DNA from: Raillietiella orientalis
Lineage: Eukaryota
Reading direction: 5' to 3'
Assembly (NCBI GenBank): GCA_036172245.1
Contig: JAYWIR010000003.1
Location: 1,922,001 to 1,986,000 of the forward strand
DNA: 64,000 nt
Shown piece by piece: positions 1 through 13,071 of this stretch. A model generated the notes under the pieces. That model was not told the origin of the DNA. It did not search any database and was given only the letters and a program-made list of their open reading frames with translations. A program made the position numbers and the translations under genes. Positions within the stretch are counted from its first letter, which is position 1. Every line of letters begins with the position of its first letter.

Positions 1-994
1 TAAAAACGGAGGTTCTTCCTGCAATGTAGAAATTAATCTCCAAAGTTGGTGTTGAGTGCTGAGGGGCCACGCAACGTGTTGTCGATGGGCTCAAATCGCT
101 CTCTGAAGAATTTCGTGTAGAATGAGGGCGCGTTTTTCAAAACCTCATCCTCTTAGATAGGCATCTTCTTTCAAGGTTGCCGAGGCTGCTTTGCCCCCTG
201 CTATCAGCGTCATCAGCTGCAGTTTTGAAAACGGGATGAAGGTGGACGGAACGAAGTTGTCCGGGAATGTGCTCGAGAAGAGCGAAATTCGGTAAACGGT
301 GACGTGAGGTGTGGATGAGATCTGTATCTTGGAGGCGAGTAGGTGAGCGTTCCCACGAAATCCGTCTCGTCGATGGGCAGGGCCATCATAACTTGCCTCA
401 CCTACGGAATCCTCGCGGCTGGCTCGCTATGGCCCATCGCGACGATGAACTCAGAGAGCAGAAGAGCGAACGCTTTTACGCAAGGGGGGAGGGGGGATCC
501 CTCCCATAGAACCGGGGTGATATTTGAGGCAAAAGCAGAAGAACGACGATGCTGCAACTGTCAGCGCTCTTTATCATTCGGTGCCTACGTGAGGGAGGCT
601 TTATTGAGGGAGGTCATTTTTTTTTTTTTTTTTTAAATTATGGTGGTGATGCGAAAGTCGCAACGAATTCCTCGAGCTCCATGAGGATGGGTGAAATGGG
701 CGCTCCCAAACCTACGTGACTAGAATTTTCCCAAGGGTGCATTCCTGCTGACCACTTTTGAATGGAAACATTCGAAAAAGAGGAGGGGGGGAGGGGGAAG
801 GAAAAATTCGGTGGATTGCAAAGCAAAGAAAAGAATTGCCTCTCATTTTATCAAATCAGCGATGCCGTTGCCAAAAGGGGTGCTTTCACTGACGAGATAT
901 TCGGGGGCTGCTGAAAGGACTTATCGACTTTCGCCCACATTTCTGCTTGCTTTAATCGCTTTCCTCCGAGAGACAATTCTCGAAGCATTTGGGG

Positions 995-1030
995 GAAGGA
1001 GAAGAAGAAGAAGAAGAAGGAGAAGAAGAA
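995..1030. repeat. (GAA)n microsatellite
   Basis: Directly visible, slightly imperfect. Confidence 0.9.
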
Positions 1031-3149
1031 ATGACGGGTGGGGAACACCACGGAAAGCGCAAAAACAGGAAAAAGAAAGAAAGAAAGAAAGAAAAAGAAG
1101 CCGACTGCAAACGCCGGGATTTTTCAGATTTATTCTGCATGCCGATCGTACAACGTTGAAGCCCTTGCAGGGAGTTTGTATTGTAACTTCCTCCTGTCCG
1201 TTCCTCGCTGTTGACTACCTCCGTGGTCATTACGGACTTTCTGGGAATAAGACGCATGCTGCAGCAGCAGCAGCAGAATAACCGAACTTGTATCTCCTTG
1301 AAAGTTCCACTTTTTCGATCGCAAGGGAATGGGGCTATCTCGACTGCTTTTTTTTTTTTTTTTTTTTTTTGGCGGAATAAATAAACGAACGGAACCCTTC
1401 CGTGCGCATTTGCAAAAAAATAATGTACGCGAGAGCTTTGCGTTGCGCTTCGGGAACTCCCCTCCCCCTCCCCGGTTTTTTATAGTTTGTTGCTTGGATC
1501 AGCTTCCCCCTGCAAGTACCGCTCGAACATCTTTTAAGCATGTGGTCGGGTTCGCGTGAGTCACTTGCAGGTCGGGGAGCGCAACCCGGAGCAAAAATCC
1601 AGTCAGTGGCTTCGGGGCGTCGTATCTGACGAGACTCTCCTGACCAGGGACGTTCCTCGGGAGCACTGCTGGCGCTGCCGACGCTGTGCACTGACGGAGG
1701 AGGGTCGGATTCGTTCGAAGGTCACCCTCCGCTGGAGGAACCTTTACCTGGATCCCCTGGGCAGGATGCCGGAACTCTGCGCCTGATGATCGGTCATCAC
1801 GAGCGCGATCTCGCAGGTTTACCTTTGACACGGACTCTCAGTGAGGCTCGCGGACCTTTTTGATGGGGTCGGCGGCAAGAGCGGACGGACGTTCGTCAGC
1901 TGTGTTGCAGCACACAGAGCTGCTGCCACCGGTTTGGCATCGTTTCCAGGCAACGCACTCTCCCGACACACTCGTGGCAGCACTGCACCAAGACGGCAGC
2001 ATCCTTTTTTTCCCCCCTGTTTCCGAGTACTTTGTATTACACGAGAGGATTTTGAAATCTACGGCCTACGACAGCGTTTCCCGAACTTTTCCTGGGACGG
2101 AACACTTCGCAAACCCTGAAATTTTAACGGAATACGGTTGGTTACCTTATAGGGAGGGTGCATATTAGTAATAAATAAAGTAAGTAAGTAAGTATGAGAG
2201 TTGAGAGAACGAAACGAAGATTGATTCTCAGATTTAATTACGTAAAACAGGACCCGTGAAAATAGTGAAATGAACTAGCGTAATATGGTAAAATTACGTT
2301 CTCCATGACTTTGAAGTTTTGACTGTTTTTTTTTTTTTCTGGGGGGGGGGGGGGTCTTTGAATGACAAATTCCTTTGAATATCAGGCACAACGCGAGAAA
2401 ACTGCTGACAAGCAAAGTGAGGAGCGCCCGCGTTTCCAACGTGTTTCAACCTGGCGCAGAATTTAAGATGCGTACCCACCTTCGTCATTTCTCTCCGCGG
2501 AGCACCAGTGCTCCGCGGGACACAGCTTGGGAGACGCTGGTGGTCCACGGCATGAGGCACGCGGAATGGGGTCGCGCTGAGGCAGTGCGGGAGGGACGGA
2601 GAGATGAGGCGTGAATCCTTCGTCTCGTGTGAAAAATAGAAATGGGATTTCCATTCAGCCGGCCTCAAATTCCGAACCTGGGTAGGTAGGAGGGTGCTCC
2701 ACGGGCACCACGGGCCACCTATGGGATTTCCTCCCCTTTCGTGGAAAAGCGTGGAGATGCTGAATGACAAGACGCGCTGTGCGAGTTCCTGGTTCGAAGG
2801 CGTCCAGTGGAAGGCCCCCCCGCCCCCCCGTCTTCGCCGCAGCCAACGTCCATTGGCACGAGATTTCCGAAGAGTGTTTGTTTTCCTTGGCATCCCAAAA
2901 CACCCTACCTGCGTTGTGCTTCTAAGCGGCACGTGGGGTGCACATCACTTGCGGGCGCTAACAGGACACGGAGGAAGAAAACTCTTTGCCTGCGGGGAAA
3001 GTTTGTAAAGTTTTCTCGCATGTTTTTCGCTTTCATTTTTTTTTTTTTATCTTTTAGAAAGAAAAAAGTGAGTACGTACGAGATTGTCGGATTTTTTTTT
3101 TTTGCAAGTGCCATGGCAATTTCGGACAAGGAAAATTCCTGATGCAATC

Positions 3150-3800
3150 GACTGACCATCACTAAAATCAACGCACGTGGCGGAACGTCCGGATGGTCAA
3201 TCGTGTCCAGCCCCGTGCTCACCCGCGCCACATCGCAGTTCCGTAGGCAATGGCAACCTGGCAATAAGTCGGGTGCTGAAGAATACAAGCCGGAAGCTCA
3301 CGTCGAAACTGAAATCAGAGATATTGGGCTCTTGAGATGGGGAAGAATTGCAGTTGTGCAAAAAAAAAAAAAAAAAAAAAACTACATCATGAATCAAACC
3401 CCCGTAAAGCAAGCATTACATAAGAGAGGGAGTAGTCACTTCTAATGACGACAGCACCTGTCAATCTGACAAAACAGACTAATACCCGTCTTAATGGTAT
3501 AATGAGGTGAGAAACTCTTCTGACGAAGAATTCCAACTCATGAAGAAGGTACGAACGCAAGGGACACTTAATCTCCGTTAGAGAAAGGATCCTGCGTTTA
3601 CTTACAAGGTGATTCTACAGAAGCACGAAACAGCCACGACGTCCCTACACCTAGCGAGCGACGAATCCCGATGTTCAAAGTTAGCCCGGGAAGGATGACT
3701 TGAACGAATTAATATGACAGTACTTGGAATATTTCGGATTGGGGAGCCAGTCGTAAAGGCTGAAAGGGAAAGATTCCGAAGAACAAAGAGCATCTGTTCG
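3150..3800 (+). mobile_element. Decayed RTE-clade non-LTR retrotransposon, 3' fragment
   Basis: Frameshifted peptides ETEIRDIGLLRWG, KVRTQGTLNLR.KD and LASDESRCSKLAREG resemble the RTE C-terminal pattern (IRxRxLRWxGH, GKRSQGGQKxRYKD, LAxDRSxWRxLVxEG). Judged by eye only. Confidence 0.4.
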
Positions 3801-6800
3801 AGAGAGCAGCATCAGCATTCGCAAATCACACGGCCCTCTTAACAGACAGCATCAGACTTCAAGGCGATGGGGGATGTTTTTTTTTTTTTTTTTTTTTTTC
3901 CTTTTTTTAAGCGCTGAGGCTTCAAGAACGGGAAAGCACGACGCAATGTGAATTCATGGCAGTGTGTTCCCGGTGATGTGACCGTGATTCGGCAGAAATT
4001 TTCGGGTCATTGCGAACGGAGGCAGCAGCGAGCTGCCTTCAGGCTAAGAAGAGGGACGGCGTGTGCGCTCAACACCCAGCACCGTTTTCTTCGCTCCAGC
4101 ATGCCAGAAACACGCAGACCCATTTCTCTGACCAAGCAGAAGGCACTTCGTCAATAGGGATTCTTCCTTCCGACAAATTTGTCAGCTGAACGGGGCGAAG
4201 TTGCGAGTGCTTTCAAAAGCGCGGCCAGCGCGAAAAGAAGCTGTGTGGTCGCGCGACATCACCCCATCCAGAAGGTTGCCCCCAGCACCATCAGGGCGAA
4301 GTCGAAAAAGTCTTCGTGGGAAATGAAAAGCAGCCTCTGGAAGAACGAAAAACAAGTCTGAGGCTCATCCGTCCATCGGAAGGGCGGAGAGTCCAAACCC
4401 TTCCCTCGACTGGAAAAAGGTCGTGGCTGATTCCCGGAGCTCGAGAAGGTGAGGTTCGTAACTCTGGAAGCTCTGTGACTCTTCAGCAGCACGAGCTGTT
4501 CAGCCCACAAAGCGCCAACGTGTTTCTTCTCCCTTGCAAGCTCGCAAGCGTCGTCTTTCAAGGGTGGCAGTGGCTTTGATTGTCTTTTCAAGTCCCGAAG
4601 AGGCAAGAGGCACACTGAGATTACAAGCAGAGATCGAACCCACTGCGTCAACACGTGCGGTAGGACCAGTATGGACCATCAGATTCGTCGCCGACCGTTC
4701 TCTCCTTTACCGAGTCGGACTTAAACGTCGAAGTTTTGCCTCTCAAGCCGATTCCGTCTGATTCCGTCGTGGGCGGAGACCGTTCCTGCAAAATCAAAAC
4801 ATGTTTGTTTTCATTCTTATTCGCAAGCAGGTCGTGGACATCTTCCCTCTCTCCCCGCACGCACGCACGCGCACACACCGCACGCACGCATACAAATATT
4901 TGTTCACCATCCCTTCCAAACGACCGCAGCATAAGGCACTCACCGTCCGCGCTCGTCTCTCCCAGAAATCGACCATTCACGTGGCTACGTTGCCTGACGA
5001 TGTATCAACAGCATTCCGGAAGCTGAGCGTTCGCGCGCTCACGAAAACACTGTCAGGCTACTGGTGTTTTCATTTGAGCACTCGATTGCAAGAAGAGAGT
5101 TCTCCTTCCGTGTGATGGGACATCCATTGAGGCTGTCCCAAGGTGTCTGTCCCGAGATCCCTGCACACGTCGCCTCCTGCCCGCGTATGTAATGAAGATG
5201 AATTGTCAGTGCGCATGAGTCTGATCACCGTTTCCTATTCGTTTTCGCTTTCACAGATGTCGTGCGTAGTGTGTGCTGCTCTTATTTATTTGTCTTGAAC
5301 GTGGGTCTTCTTCACCACCGTTCATTTCACAACTCAGGGCGCAAAGAGTGCATTTCTGACGTGGTTCCATCCCGTCAGTGCGTACCCCGAGCATGCATGG
5401 TTGGCACTCCTGAAAGCTGAGCAGGAGTACTTCGTGGACCGGGTCGTCCTTGCGGAAGATTCCACTCGAGAAATTAATTTTCGGATGCTTTAAAATCTCC
5501 TTCCTTCAGATAAATTTTGTGCTTTCGTGACGCTTTCTGAACGCTCTTCCAAAAAGTACGTTCCTTCAAGTGCTGTGGTGCAAGTGTTTATTTAGCCCGT
5601 GTCTGGTACACCTCAGGTCCCATCGAGTTCATTAAGGACTCTTTGTTTTTGTTTTTCGGTTTTCTTTTTTGGTTTTGTCAAGTATTCAAGAACTGCTGCT
5701 TCGCCCTGCTGGGGCTGTCGGAACAGCTCGGCAACTCCCATGGATGGTCCCTCCACTGCCACTCACCCGAGGTGCGAGTGAAGCGGGGGGAGAACCCGAG
5801 CGCGCACGAATCTCGGTTCCTGGCTGGCCGACGAAGCACCCGGAAGCGGAAGCGAGCGCGAGGCCTGGAGCCATACTAGCACACCACCATGCAGAACTGG
5901 CGCGATCCTTCCGGAGGTATTCGCGGGCGCTGACGCGTGCAAATCTTCCCGATCTGTGTTTATTCGTTTCATTAAATTACCGCATTTTTCAAGAGTGACC
6001 TTTTATCCATGTCCCGTGTCGTTCGGCAGCTGTCCGTCTCACGCAGACGTGACTATTTCGTGCCAGCTAGCATCTGCTGGGATTAGAACATTGTGAATTA
6101 CCGACATGCTGTTTCTCCGTGCCCGTGCAGGTTTTCGTGGACCAACCCTTCATTTTTTTGACTGGTTCTGTTCTGCACACACACACATATGTATGTGTAT
6201 ATATATATATAGTGTTCGCCTCTGAACTCTTCTTTCTACATATCTGGGAAGCTGCCCCAGCGACCGATGACAAACATTAAAAGATATCATGGAATCTGAG
6301 TTTCTAAGCCGCAACTCTCATCTCAAATGGCTGTCGAGAAGGAGTGATCCAAAAGTGATGGTACTGACAGTTCCTGCTCAGCACCGCAGCTGCTGTTTCC
6401 TCGGACGCTTCTCTACTCGCTGATTCGCTGCGAACATCTTTACTTCTTGCCTGAGAGGATTCTTCAGCAAGGGAGCATGCTTGATGCTGAGTGAACGTCA
6501 AGATCGGGGGTTCTTTAACGGGAAGAAATGGAAAGATCGGAAAGCATAGGCGCGAACAGAACTTCCGAACGAGAGCGTCTTGAGGAGCTTGGTACGTCCC
6601 AAAGAAGAGCAAGAGTGTTGCCCGACTAGAAAGCACGTGACTTGGGAAGGGCTAGACGAGGTGTGGTGGGACCCACGTTCCTAAAAGCTGCCAGGGAAGT
6701 GGCAACTTCCTCCTCGGATGTAGGCGTGCGTTCAGGGAAGGGCAGGGACAGCTTCGCCATCTTCCGTCGCGCGCGCAAACCAAATCTCCGACACCTTCCT

Positions 6801-7529
6801 CCCCCCTCCCCCTTCCCCCAGAGAGGCAGCTCTCTTTCGCGACCGCCCGGACGTTCGACGGCGCGGATGCTTGCTGGGACGGCGGCTTGCGAACGGTGGC
6901 GAATACAAACGAGTGGCCTGGCTGTTAATCATGGAGCCCCGAAACCGGAAACTCCATATTGCGAGAAAGACCGTCTCGGAGGCTTTAAGATAGGGGGTAC
7001 CCCTGGAAGGTACCGCCCTGTGAATCCAAGAAGGGCTCGGAGTCCGTGTCTCTCACGCCTGAGGAGGGTTCCCGGGAGGGAAACCTCCATCCTGGTTGTC
7101 TCCGAAAGGAATCTACTTCCTCATTCTCTCTGGAGAGATCCACGGAGAGGTCCGCTACATTTTTCTTCTCCGAAGGGAACCCCTACAAGGGAACCGCTCC
7201 TGTCTACTCCTCTGAAGAGAACCCCGAAGGGACGCTTCCGAAATTCAGAAGGGCCCTGTTCCCCGAAGGGATCGCCTCGCTTCTCTGCACTCTCTGGAGA
7301 GGTGGTGGCGACACACCTACTCCATCAGTACGACGCGGAGGGTCCCCCGCACTGGAGGGTCCGTTCCTTTGCCCAGCCGGAGGGGGAACTCTCCACTCCT
7401 TGATTCCTGGAAGGATCCAGAGGTGGACTCCCACTGTCCCGGTCACTCATCGGAGGCATCCGGTTTGATTCGCTGCCAGTGCCGCACCCGAATGCAGGGG
7501 GCTGGAGGCCAACCAGCGTCATCTTGCAG

Positions 7530-7650
7530 GAGGAACTCGAACCCACGACGCACCCCCATCTCTCGGCGTCGATCCTTCCCCCGGTGGGATTCGAACCCGC
7601 GACGCTTGGTGGTGCCACGCGAGGAGGCTGCAGCAACCACGCAGCCTGAG
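7530..7650 (-). mobile_element. tRNA-related SINE-like head / pseudo-tRNA with two Pol III B-box motifs
   Basis: Reverse complement contains GGGTTCGAATCCC (7586-7598) and GGGTTCGAGTTCC (7532-7544). No complete cloverleaf is evident. Confidence 0.5.
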
Positions 7651-8656
7651 AGGCGGGTTCTCCGTCTCGGAAGCAGCTTGTTTCTTCCAGGCCGAATCGC
7701 AGAGCCAGGAGGGGATGGGAGCACCCTCCACCAAACTTGCGGGAGAGCATTCCCTTTCTGAGCGTCTGGCGCCTGCCGCTACTCGCATCGGGATCGGAAA
7801 AGAGTACGAATCCAATCCACCTGCAGGTTATTTATTTTTAATAACGTGCAGTTGGTCAGTTGATTTACGAACTCATAAATCACCGGAAGATAGTAATATC
7901 TTCTCAGAGTTACCCTTAGAAACCACTAGAGGGTTGAGGCTGAGGGAGAAAAAGAAAAAGAAAGAAACACACACACACACGTGTGTGTGTGTATATATAT
8001 GTATGTATATATGGAGTTGATTCCAGTGCCTCACTACAACTATATTTCCACGCTTCGCATTCGTGGCACGTGATGTAAATGAGTGCACTTCGGAAGGACC
8101 AAATCTTCTGGTGCTTTTTGGAAGCGGAAAGAATTCCATTGCCGCTTCTCTCTTGCCGGTTCCGGTGATGGCCGAGATCCTGTGAAGCACGCACGCATCC
8201 CGTGTTTGCAGCACGCGTTGAGCGGAGCGACAGCGAGGGTGGCACCCCTGCTCACCTCCCTCCCTCCCATTCGCTTCCCCGCTGGCGACGTGGCAGCAAG
8301 GACGCGCGCACCCCGACGGCCGCACCCACCCGCTCTTCGCGCAGGACACGGCTACACCGACGTCGGAGAAGTGGGGACGGACGTCCAGAGAGTACGCGCG
8401 CCTTTGCGAGAGAGCGGCCGCGGGGACCGGTTCGCTCAGGAAAAAAAAAAAAATCAGCGGTCTCGCACCCTCATTACTCTCCCCTTTTCATTTATCTGCT
8501 GGAATGACGCTTTAAGAACGCTTCTTCCGTCGTTCTTATTCGGTCCCAATGAAAGTAGGGAAGAGGGAAAGTTCTGAAAGATTCGTTGCAAGCTCTGTGT
8601 GTGTATAAAGTCAAGTGTGATGAAGAGTAATGATTGTAACCCTCATTTTGCTTAAG

Positions 8657-9559
8657 GCTCCCAGACCATGCCCAGAGGTCAGAAACGATTGGAGAAGAAA
8701 CCCAGTCATGAAGTGAACGGGGCGATAGCCAACTGCGGGACGTACGACAATATCGGGAACATGAAGAGTAGCAACTACGATCCCGCAATCAAGTCCCAGC
8801 AGCAGCAACAACAGCAGCAGCAGTACGATCAAGGTCACAGCAACCTGGAGAACTCCAAAGAGCAACAGACGGAAGAGGAGGACTTCGAAAAGATGGAGAA
8901 AGATCAGGAAAACGCGGCGGCGTCCTGCCAGCAAACCCAGAAGTCCGCGACGTACAAAGACATAGCCACCCAGCAAGGCCCCTCCCAGATCCTAGCGGGT
9001 AGCCAGACGCACCTCCGGGACCATCCTCCGGCCACGTCGGCGGGATGCCCCGACCACCAGCTCCCGGACAGCTGCCTGAACCTCCATCAGAAGTCGAAGA
9101 GTGCAAGCGACATGACTTACGGACTGAGCGTGAACAGTCGCATGCTGGAAAGGATGCTGCAACCCGTTAGCTCCGTTGACAGTCCCTCAACGTCCCCTGA
9201 GATATGCAGGCGGAGGATGAGGGCAGGGGGTCACGTGTCCGATTCGGGATCGAGGCTTTCGCTTCCCGGGTTGAGGAGGCGCGTGGACCTCAACCGCGTC
9301 CATCTGGCCGAATCCAGGAGGTGCGGCAACCTTTCCCCAAACTCCGACTGCACATTTTTCGACAACCGTTGCTATGCTACCACCCCCACGTCCAGCAACG
9401 GGAACTCGGACGAACCGGAGTACAAGTCAACTCCGACGAGCCTGCTGCTCCACGAGTACGAAAGGCATCTGAAGAACACTCTGGAGAAGGGGATGGAGGC
9501 GGATAACTACAGCCTGCAGACGTTCGAATCTCTGCTCACACAGAGCATGGAGAATCTCG
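8657..9559 (+). CDS. sif: sif exon 1 in window (N-terminal linker, type-1-like; contains poly-Q)
   Basis: Acceptor ttttgcttaag|, donor ctcg|gtaagg (phase 1). Peptides SPSTSPEICRRR, FDNRCYATTPTSSNGNSD and LLLHEYERHLKNTLEKGMEADNYSLQTFESLLTQSMENL match recalled Sif motifs (SPVTSPEMGRRR, FDNQCYATTPSSSNGNSD, SYSLHTFEALLSQSMENL). Confidence 0.9.
8797..8823 (+). repeat. Coding CAG/CAA repeat (9 Gln) in sif
   Basis: cagcagcagcaacaacagcagcagcag in frame. Confidence 0.9.
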
Positions 9560-10929
9560 GTAAGGATGCTGTGTTGGTGGAGCTTTCGCTTGATCTGCCT
9601 GCCGCGTTGCGAGCGCGCCGGCGCCTCGCACCCGTTCTTGTTCGGTGAATGCGGATGTTAAGTGAGTGCGTGCATGCGTGTTCGGGGAGACAGGAGAAAA
9701 ACAGTCCTCAAGCTTTCACCCCACTCGCCCCCATCCTGGGGGGAGAGCGAGCGAGTAGGTACCCGCGTCCTCCGTAATCAAAGGAAGGAGAGAAGGAAGG
9801 CAAAGGCCCCCCACGGTGGGAAGGTAGCACTCTCCCAGCAGTCTCCGCCGCCGCCGCTTCTGTCGATGGCACCGTCGACGTGTCTCCAATCTGGTGGCGC
9901 CTGCGCGCGGAGGTGGCAGCCGCATCGACCTCCCGCGGATGACTGCAGGACGGCTACCCGCGAGGCCGGGAATTCGATCCCACGTGTGGCGGTAGCGGAG
10001 GCGCGGGGTCATTGTGGTCCGGGACGCGCGCAGATCGGAGGAAAAGGCCGCGCCAGGCGTACTCTCGCATGACCAACTCCTGTATCCCGGTGCCGTTGGT
10101 GCTTCCTTTGAAAGCCCTGGAGTTCTCAGGGTGGAGCTGTTTTGCCGACGACGACAAGCGCTGCGCAAAGAGCACCTGGGCGAAGTTGCGGACGGAGACT
10201 TGTCTGACGCTGCCTGCGGCACAGTCTGGTACATGCATTTTGTGCGTGCCTGCTTCCTCCCTCCACTGCAACGACGATCCTGTAGGAAAAGAAAGGAGGT
10301 CCTCCGGCCCACGGGACTCAAGTGCTGGGGCCTCCACTCCCTGGAACCTATAAAGGAAGAGGTTGAATTCGAAAGGATAGGGAGCGTTGGGGCTCGTGCC
10401 AGCTGCGAAGCGGCGTCTTCATCTGGAGGAACGAGCTCCTGAAACGCCTTACACGCGATTTGAACAGCGCGAGATGAGCGCGTGTTTTTGGTGCACACCA
10501 AGGATGTTCCGCTGGGCCTGGGAACAGTTTCTCTCCCGTCTTTCTGAGGTTTCAGATCGGGAGCTGTAGTTAGTGTGTTCGCGGATGAGTTCCCATCGCG
10601 ATTTCCCAACCCCCACATCGTGCCTGCGGATAAAACGGGAAAAATGTGCCGGTTTCCATTCTGTTTTCCTTTTTCTTCCTTTTCTCCTAATTTGTGCTGA
10701 CTGCAAACACGAGAGAAGAGGAACACGAGAGAAGGGAATAGGAGATTTGGATGAGACGATATCCCCCAAGAGTCGAAAGACCTCTGACAATTTTTTTTTT
10801 TGTTTTTCTGGTGCCATGAAAAACTCGGAAAGCACGGCGTTTGCTACAAAGAACGTCTTCAGCTCTTCGTCTGATCCTGTGATTTCTCGCGTTCTGTCAG
10901 TCTGTCTGTCTCTTTCTGTGTGTGTGTCT

Positions 10930-11400
10930 GTAATGAATTCTTCCAAATGCCTTCTTTGTTCTCGTGCCACAGGCTCCGCCACGTGTCCGGTCTCCTCGAA
11001 GACACCTCGTTCGACACTTGGCTTGCAGTCCCTTCCGAAAGTGCATGCTCCACGCACCTTCCTTAGTTCCTCCGTTGTTGTTGGTTCTTTGAAGTGCAAG
11101 GCCTGAAAAGTGGCCGACAGCAAGTCTTTTGTAGTCCGCGGAATTTGAATGGCAATGTGCGTGGTTGGCACAGACCGTGTGGTCCATTGCTGTTCTTTGA
11201 ACGTGTGATGGTAAATCTAGAAACCCTTCTTTGCTGCCTCCGTAGTGCGGTTTCTCCTCATGGAGAGTTTTGGGAACCTTCCCTGTCCATCGTGCTCCGC
11301 GGGTCGCATCGAGCAGCTCTCGGTCAGGTGAACAGTTCTTCGGAGGAACGTCCCTTGAGATGCAACAGGACAAGGATTCCGGAAGGCCGCCTTTCAAAGC
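10930..11400 (-). mobile_element. Decayed RTE-clade 3' fragment
   Basis: Minus strand reads ggagaccggacacgtggcggagcctgtggcacga, which is GDRTR-WRSL-VAR with frameshifts (typical RTE end motif DRxxWRxLV); QRRVSRF..HVQR lies upstream. Confidence 0.45.
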
Positions 11401-12295
11401 TTTTCTAGCAGTGTCATTTTCAATTTTTATTTGACCCCTCTGTTATGAAATCGATCTGCCACCTCGCTTTCAAAGGTGGGCACGTCATCTTTTGTCCACC
11501 TGTTACGAGTCATGTGATCTTCGGATGTTTCCAGAAGACGGAGCGCTTTTTCGAGGCCTTATGGGAAGCAGCTGCTTCGTTTCGGACCTCTCTGCTGCCC
11601 CCTTTGCGTATCCCTCCCTTCCCATCTTTGCGCTCCTTTTCTTGACTCTTCCAGAGATTTCCCGAGTTGAGGCTTTTCGACAGGATTTTTTTCGACCAAT
11701 TTGGTGAAACGGAATCCTACCCAACAGCATCGAGCGCAGCTCTGTTCCGTCTCTTCCAGAGCAGGCACCAAGCAATTTCGCTTTCTTCGAACTTCTTCCC
11801 CTTTCCCACCCCCCAACGACCGCTTATCTGTTCTGAATTTTTGTTGTTATGTATAGAGTCAATTCTGTATTGCGAACGCACACTGCGTCCCCGGATGTAT
11901 TCCTCCCTTTGTACCATTGATTCGAGTTGCAATCACAGGATGAATCCCAGAATCAGAGATGGTTCCACGGGTTACGGAAAATCTTCTTTCTTTAAGGAGA
12001 TTCACCGGATTCAAGAAAAATGCTGGGAAAAATATTCAAGTAAGGAGCGCATTTCCCAGTCTACGAGTACTAGGCAGGGAAGTAACGTTAAAAAAAAAAA
12101 AAATCCTGTACCTCTGCTTTTATCCATTTATTTACTTTTCCTGTGGAAATGGGTCTTGTGGTGGTTTCGGTTCTTGTGGTTGCTACTTGACAACAACAAA
12201 ACTGGCAGCTTTATGGCTCGGATACTGCAATCAAAACTTTCATCTAACTGTCTTGCTGACAGACGTTGGCAACTATGTAATGAGCCTCTTTCCAG

Positions 12296-12455
12296 ACTTT
12301 TCTTCAGTGCAGAGATCAAGCACCCTTCCTATCGGGTCACGCCTGCAAGAATGGCATATGCCCATTGCCAAAACCAACCACCCGGTCAGGCTGCAGCACC
12401 GTCACACGCCAAAACTGGGGAGGATCACGAAAATGTCCCTGGACCAACACCTGAG
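12296..12455 (+). CDS. sif: sif exon 2 (linker, DFSSVQRSSTLP...DQHLR)
   Basis: ctctttccag| acceptor, ctgag|gtatat donor. Its phase 1 start and phase 2 end bridge the flanking exons exactly; SSTLP resembles a recalled Sif motif. Confidence 0.75.
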
Positions 12456-12908
12456 GTATATCCTTACGCGGACTAGGGAGGTTCTTCGTGTAGGAATGTC
12501 CCTTGCAGTCCTTCGAAACAGCATCGGAAAATTCAGGCATCGCCGCACCCACCCCAAAAAACCATTAGAATGAACTAGAATGATGAATGAGAATGATGGT
12601 GATGATGAATTTATTCCGTTCCTATAGCGATGTGTTCCGTTTGATGCTCTCTTCGGAATCACTCTTTCAAATTCGCTGTGCCTCGGTTCGAACCGTGAGA
12701 AACGACTATTTGCCTCTTGGAAACGAAAAAAGGCCTGAGCGCGAGATCTCCTGCTGTAATTCCTGTATAGAAAACACCCTTCCGCGTATCGAGTCTAATC
12801 TCGTGTTGCGCATCCCTTAGAGCCATGCTTTAGCCAAAGAAAAGTTTTGGATTTCGGCACCTTTTCTGGAAGCGGAAATACCCCCTGAAACAGGTGTGAT
12901 TTTTCCAG

Positions 12909-13071
12909 GCACAGTTCGGTGGATCCTCAGAGCGGCGATCACCAAGGATTCGAGCATGCCTACGCGGGATACATTTCTGATCGAGGTTACACCTCGGATC
13001 ACGCCAGCCTGATACACCAGGCCTCTGTGGAGAGCACCGACTCGAGGCTGTGCTACCTGACGTCATCCGAG
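12909..13071 (+). CDS. sif: sif exon 3 (GYISDRGYTSDH...QASVESTDSRLCYLTSSE)
   Basis: ttttccag| and gag|gtaagg; near-identical to recalled Sif QASIESTDSRMCYLTSSE. Confidence 0.92.

Noticed and set aside
1571..1786. Upstream sif exon after cacttgcag
   Set aside because: No frame resembles the recalled Sif EVH1/N-terminal sequence, and stops occur before any good donor.
2495..2518. Perfect GC-rich hairpin ccgcggagcac-ca-gtgctccgcgg as terminator or ncRNA
   Set aside because: Isolated 11-bp stem in eukaryotic intronic DNA with no U-tract or other support.
6995..7435. CRISPR-like array
   Set aside because: Repeats are short, degenerate and irregularly spaced; the context is a eukaryotic intron with no cas genes.
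7575..7650. Functional tRNA gene
   Set aside because: A B-box/T-arm is present, but I could not fold acceptor, D and anticodon stems.
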